Positions 57,945-64,000 of a stretch of 64,000 bases of DNA are shown one piece after another. The stretch is taken from assembly GCF_009914755.1 (NCBI RefSeq), contig NC_060940.1; one strand, given 5' to 3'. Source of the stretch: the human T2T-CHM13v2.0 reference genome, Homo sapiens. The position numbers were made by a program, and so were the translations under genes. Numbering within the stretch: the first letter of the stretch is position 1; every line of letters starts with the position of its first letter. Under the pieces are notes generated by a model. It saw only the letters and a list, made by a program, of their open reading frames with translations. It was not told the origin of the DNA and searched no databases.

Positions 57945-58945
57945 AGAAATTAGGAAGGGGTTAGGGGCAGGCAGAAAATGGGAAGTTATTATTTAATGGG
58001 TATAGAATTTCAGTTTTGCAAGATGAAAAAGTTCTGGAGATTGGTTGCACAACAACGAGAATGTACTAATTGTATATATTTATGGTATATATGATGCCTT
58101 TTTTTTTTTTTTTTTGAAACAGGGTCTCACTCTGTCACCCAAGCTGGAGTGCAGTGATAAGATCTCGGCTCACTGCAACCTCTGCCTCCCAGGCTCAAGC
58201 AATTCTCTCACCTCAGCCTCCTGAGTATCTGGGGCTACAGGCACACGCCACTACATCTGACTAATTTTTTGTATTTTTTGTAGAGATGAGGTTTCACCAT
58301 GTTGCCCAGGCTGGCCTCAAACTCCTGAGCTCAAACAATCTGCCTGTCTCAGCCTCCCAAAGTGCTGGATTACATGCATGAGCCACTACACCCAGCCGGT
58401 ATATATGATGCTTTGATACATGTGTACATTGTAGGATGGCTAAGTCAAGCTAATTAACATAAGTATTACCTCACATACTTATTTTTTGTGGTGAGAACAC
58501 TTAAAATCTATTCTCTTGGCAATTCTGAAGTATACAATACATTAACTATAATCACCATGTTGTACAATGGCTCTCTTGAATTTATTCCTCCTTTCTAAGT
58601 GAAATATTGTATCCTTTGGCAGACGTCTCCCCAGTGCCACCTGCCCTGTCTTCGGTAACCACCATCCAACTCTCTGCCTGTAAGAGTTTGTCTTTTTTAG
58701 ATTCCACACCTAAGTGAGATCACGTGGTACTTGTCTTTCTGAGCCTGGCTTATTTCACCTAACATAATGCCCTACAGGGTCATCCATGTTGCTGCAAATG
58801 ACAGGATTCCCTTATCTTTTGAAGCTGAACAGTATTCATCTGCATATATACACCCCAGATTTTTTATCCACTGATGGACACTAGGTGGTAACTTTTATGT
58901 TATGTATTTTTTTAACCACAATTCCAAAAATAAAAAATTAGAAAA
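57945..58945. mobile_element. Nested L1M 3' fragments with an Alu (58098-58397)
   Basis: Plus-strand L1 tail (GGGTATAGAATTTCAGTTTTGCAAGATGAAAAAGTTCTGGAG) split by an antisense L1MA-like 3' end. Confidence 0.7.
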
Positions 58946-61194
58946 AGTTCTGGACATGAAGTTTAAGGCTAGGAAGAGAGTCAACGGTTGAGTGGGAAAG
59001 GGGGGCAAACAGTGTGTTTTAGAATCACTCTTGAAGAAAAAGAGTCTCTAGCTAAAATTTCATGGGCACTTTATTTGCCAGATACTATGCTAAAAGTTTT
59101 ATACATGTATAGCATCTCTTTCCCTCCTCCCAATAGCCCTATGAAATAGGTAGGATTATTGTCCCCATTTTATAGATGAGGCAATTGAGAATAACAATAA
59201 TAAAATAAATAAAATGAACATTCTGCCAATATGCCCTGCTTCCTTTAAATCAGCTTTCAGAGAGCAGTCTCCTCTCCTCCAAATTTGCTGAGAGCCAGGC
59301 AGACAAAGACTCAGCGCCAACACAGCTGAGCCCATCCAGTGAAAGAGCAGCAAGGTGACGGGGGTTGAAGGACTGGGCTTGGGGGGGCAAGCGCTCCTCT
59401 GGCACCTGTCCCTCCCCTGCCCAGCAGCTGACCCAGGACTCAAGGATCAGGAGCCGAACTCCAACTAAGGGAAGAGCCTTCCCCTCAAGGAGAAGCCCCC
59501 AAAGCCACTCTCCCCAGTTGCATTACTGTTCCCAGTGCCTCTTCGTGCCCCACAGCCACACCTCGTGTCATGTGACTTTGTAGTTCCCTCCACAAGAGGT
59601 GTAATATATCACCCCCACTGACAGTGGGCCCATGCCAACCTAGGCCATCAGAGCTTGTCCTCTCCTTCACCATCACCATGAGAATGAGGGCACACGGAGC
59701 AGACCCACCCTCACTGACCTGCACCCTGGATTCAAGCCCAACTGTGCCCAGTCTAGATCAGCGACTCCCAGTCAGGGGTATGTGGGTAAATGCTTCACAA
59801 TCATCTATTTGTTTTTGTTGTTGTTTTAAAGCCCTGATTTGTAGCATTTGCAATTTCTGTGGTGTAGATACCAATTTCACCATGGTCAATGTCAAGGTAT
59901 TATCATGACGTCACTGAACGAAGGTGGGAAGAGCTGCACAGTGGCACCCCCCTCAAGTATTTCCACCATAGAGACACGATGGGCAGAAGCAACCTCAAGC
60001 ACAGAGCACAGCAGCATAGTTAGGAAGCAATGGAGTCTGAATATTTAGTATCTTCTATTTTAATATAATTTCTTTATTTGTAAACTTACAGAATTTAATT
60101 CTTACTAATGGCTGTGTTTAACAACTGGATTACAAAACTCCTTATCATGAGCTAATACAGTAAGTACTAGTTAAAGTTGCATCCAGCATAGCACTCCCCC
60201 AGCTAAATCACAAATGTGTGGATGGGAATAAATTACTGTCATGTTAAGCCTCTGGTTTTGGGGTGGTTTGTTACACAGCAGTATTGCAGCAATAGCTAAC
60301 TGAGACATTCACCCCAAAGCTGTCAAAATATCCATCAAAACGCTCTCTTCATATTCTTAGCACAAGTCTGTCTATGGCCATAAGGTCAAATAGGAGACCG
60401 TATCCTCACAGGGCTCGGGGAAGGCATCCTCTTACTCTGCCAAAGGATCTGATGAAATGGGATCTTTTGTGCTCTGACTCTAGTCTGAGCACTGGACTGG
60501 GAGTCAGGGGACTCCCAAAATGTTTAAGATAATTTCCATTGTGTCTCCAGCCTTAACCCTGGACATGTCACTATTTAGATGCACTGATGGCTCTCACTGC
60601 CTGGCCTGGGATAAACCTGGTCCCTCTTGCTGGAGATCCTGATATCAGAGAATTGTACAAATATGTGCCTCCACTGCACCAGGAGCCATGTCCCTGCTGA
60701 AAACCAACTTTATTTTCTATAGTTTGTATTGGGGGGAAATTAGCATTCCCTTTGTCTTTACAAACATTTATTTATTCTGCAGCATGGAATATGCTTCCTT
60801 AACCTGCAAAACCCCCACAGATCCTCTTGGAAAGACACTGTGCCCAGGAAGCAGGCCAGTTTGGCAAAAAACAATTTGCTAAATAAAACTGCTGAATGAC
60901 CTGTGTGCCAGATGATGGAGGTTGTTTTTGACCTTTTCAGTCCACCTCACAGCCAGAACCTGTGTCTCTGCCAGCCCGGCCCCACGGAGTGCGGTTTCCT
61001 GCATTATCATGGGTTTTGGGTGCCTGCCCGTCACCAGAGCCCAGCTGTTTTCCATGAGTGGCCTGCTCTTACATGTGGCACCATGTTTATTTTCTGGAAC
61101 TTGCCCTCTGCTTCTGGTCCCGCCAGCAAATTCTTGCCCTTGACCAGGTTAAGGAATTTGTCTGACACTTTTGAATGGATTGGGCACTGTAGTG

Positions 61195-61389
61195 TTATGG
61201 GATAGATAGATGGATAGATAGATAGACAGATAGATGTTATGAGAGATATATATAGCCCGCATATATATATATGTATATGTATATATATATAGCCCACATA
61301 TATATGTATGTGTATATATATATATAGCCCGCATATATGTATGTATGTGTATATATATGTGTGTATATATATATGTGTGTGTGTATGTG

Positions 61390-61434
<45 letters not shown>

Positions 61435-62260
61435 TTATTCCTGGCTTCTAACTTGCATAGTCCTTGTTATAATGTTGGGACACTTTAGGCCTCAGGAGAG
61501 AATCTCTCTCTCTGTCCTTCTCCAGTCCTTCTTTCACCTGCCCAAGGCAGGACTCTACTCTGACTGTGGATCAAAAGACTCTCATTCTAGAGAGGGTCCT
61601 GCCCCCTACCCTAAAGGAAGGAATGCAACACAGAAAGGCTAAGAAAAAGACAGGCCTTGCTGGGTTTAGATCATGGGCTTTTTGTCCAATCACCTTTCTA
61701 TGCCATTGTCAATCATGCCTATGTATTGATGCCTCCATAAAACCCCAAGAGGACAGGGTTGGAGAGCTTCCCGATGGCTGAACATGGGGAGATTCCTGGA
61801 GAGAGGGGGCACCCAGGGAAGGCATGGAAGCTCCATGCCCCTTCCCCCATACCTTGCCCTGTGCCCCTCTTCACCTGTATTCTTTGTAATATAAACAAGT
61901 AAATGTAAGTAAGTATTTCCTTGAGTTATTTGAGCCATTCCAGCAAATTAAGCAAACCCAAAGAGGGGGTCTTGGGAACCCCAACATGAAGACATTCCAT
62001 CAGAAGCTCCAGAGGCCTGCACTTGTGACCACTGTCTGGGGGAAGAGAGGGTATCCTTGAGGACTGAGCCCTCAACCTGTGGGATCTGACGCTATCTCCC
62101 GGTAGGGGATGTCGGAACTGAACTGCAGGACACCCAGCTGGCATCCACTGCTCACTGGTAGGGAACCCAGCTGCCCGCTTTTGATCACAGAAGTCTTCAG
62201 TGTTGTTTGCTGTGGTGTGAGAGCAGAGGAAATACAATTTGAGAGTTTTTCCCCAAACAG
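61195..62260 (+). mobile_element. MER21-like LTR with expanded microsatellite in its 5' part
   Basis: GGACTGAGCCCTCAACCTGTGGGATCTGACGCTATCTCC and GGCATGGAAGCTCCATGCCCCTTCCCCCATACCTTGCCCT motifs. Confidence 0.75.
61201..61432. repeat. Compound (GATA)n/(TA)n/(TG)n microsatellite
   Basis: Directly visible; includes three TATAGCCC(G/A)CATATAT units. Confidence 0.95.
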
Positions 62261-63578
62261 CCACTCAGCATGGAGGCTTTTGGCTTGACTAATTTTTGGT
62301 AAATTGACCTATAGCCCTTTTCACATCCCCACCAGGTAAGACTCTGTGGCCTATAGGATAATGTTCAGACGTGTGAGCCTCGCATTCAGGATTCCCCATT
62401 AGTGCCCTCATCTTCCACTGTATGTTCCCCCAACCGGCCCGCACATACACGGCATGCACCCTGTTCTCAGCCCATAACTCACAGGGCGCCCCCCCCACCT
62501 CCCCTCCAGGCAGTGCTGCACTAGAGCCGGCTCTCAGGTGCACGGGAGTCCTGAGTGCCTCTCCTTCCAACTCCACCTTCAGTGATATCATCTTGGTAGT
62601 GTGTAATTAGCAAACCCTGGCAAAGATTACAAATCAAACCCATCCCCTCTCACTCCCCACTCCCCCAGGCTGGTGCTGAAGCATTTGCCAGCATAGCAGC
62701 ATTGCCTGCAGACAGCAAATCCTGTCCACCAGTCCCTGCCAACCGCTCAGAAAAGCCTTCCCAGATTTCAGGGGTGTCCAATAATTGCTTCTTTCTTGGT
62801 GTTCACAATGTGTCCCTGCAAATGCTCATTTGGCAGCGGGCCATCAGGTATTTGAGAGTGTACTGCATACACCAGCATGTGCATTCTCAGTGAAGACAAT
62901 ATTGCCCCATGGGGGACAAACATTGGTTCTTGGGGGACAAAACAACCTTAGCTATTGCAATGGTTTGTGGCTCTCCAAAGGGCCACAGCACATAAACAGA
63001 TACACAGTACATCAGTGGTATTAAATTTCATGGCATAGGGGGACTAGGCAATTGGGGAAATAAAGTCAAAAAGGGCTCACTACAGGGCAGGCAGCGATAA
63101 TGAAATAGGTTGAGAAACACTGCCCTAGTGTATACAACGTGCAAGCATGTGGGAGGCATCTGAATTTTATAGCACATTACCAGGGAAAATACTAAGCAAT
63201 TTGCTAACATGATAGATTGAATGTGATTTTTTTTCTGTTCATGAACTACAATACACTGTGTGATAGAGACCCTGTCTCGTGGGATGATGTGAAATTCCTC
63301 CTGCGGTTACACTAGCAGCACATGGGGCACTGAAAATGCATCATCACACTGCAAATGGGTAATGTTTACACTTCAACCAGTGGAGGAGTGACCAGGAAGA
63401 CCAGCACTGAGGGTGTACGTGCTGCTTGGGAGGCAGGTGCTGGAAGGCAGAGCTGAGCTCAGGCGCGCGGCTCTGCATCCAGGGGCGATGCTGTGTTTCC
63501 TTCCACTCGTGGATGTGATAGAGGGTACCGCGTGGCCATGAAATAACAAAACTACTTCTGCATGGAAAACAGCCATCA

Positions 63579-63902
<324 letters not shown>

Positions 63903-64000
63903 TCAGCTGCAGCTGAAAGACCTACCTGGAAGATATGTGATTCGGCCTGCCGTGGTGGCTCATACCTATAATCCCAGCACTTTGGGAGGCCAGGCAGGCG

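Overview
Human (primate) genomic DNA, recognisable as the chr16q11.2 VPS35-ORC6-MYLK3 locus. I assembled by hand the complete 17-exon VPS35 CDS (minus strand, 2391 nt, 796 aa) and the complete 7-exon ORC6 CDS (plus strand, 759 nt, 252 aa). The two genes lie head-to-head on a CpG-island bidirectional promoter, with ATGs about 570 bp apart. The last four coding exons and long 3' UTR of MYLK3 follow (minus strand, convergent with ORC6). The rest is dense in Alu, L1, MIR, LTR and DNA-transposon relics. Most ORFs in the supplied track are Alu/L1/SVA or GC-island artefacts. I see no credible new gene or new biological system. The features most worth following up are: a U12-type intron in VPS35; a 5'-truncated SVA with an intact TSD inserted into an Alu in ORC6 intron 4; a solo MLT2A1 LTR with DUX4-like sites and a splice donor pointing antisense into the MYLK3 3' UTR; closely spaced inverted Alus; an in-frame skippable ORC6 exon carrying the CDK site and NLS; and a 28-bp minisatellite downstream of the VPS35 stop. 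Repeat subfamily names come from recalled consensus sequences, and repeat boundaries are approximate.
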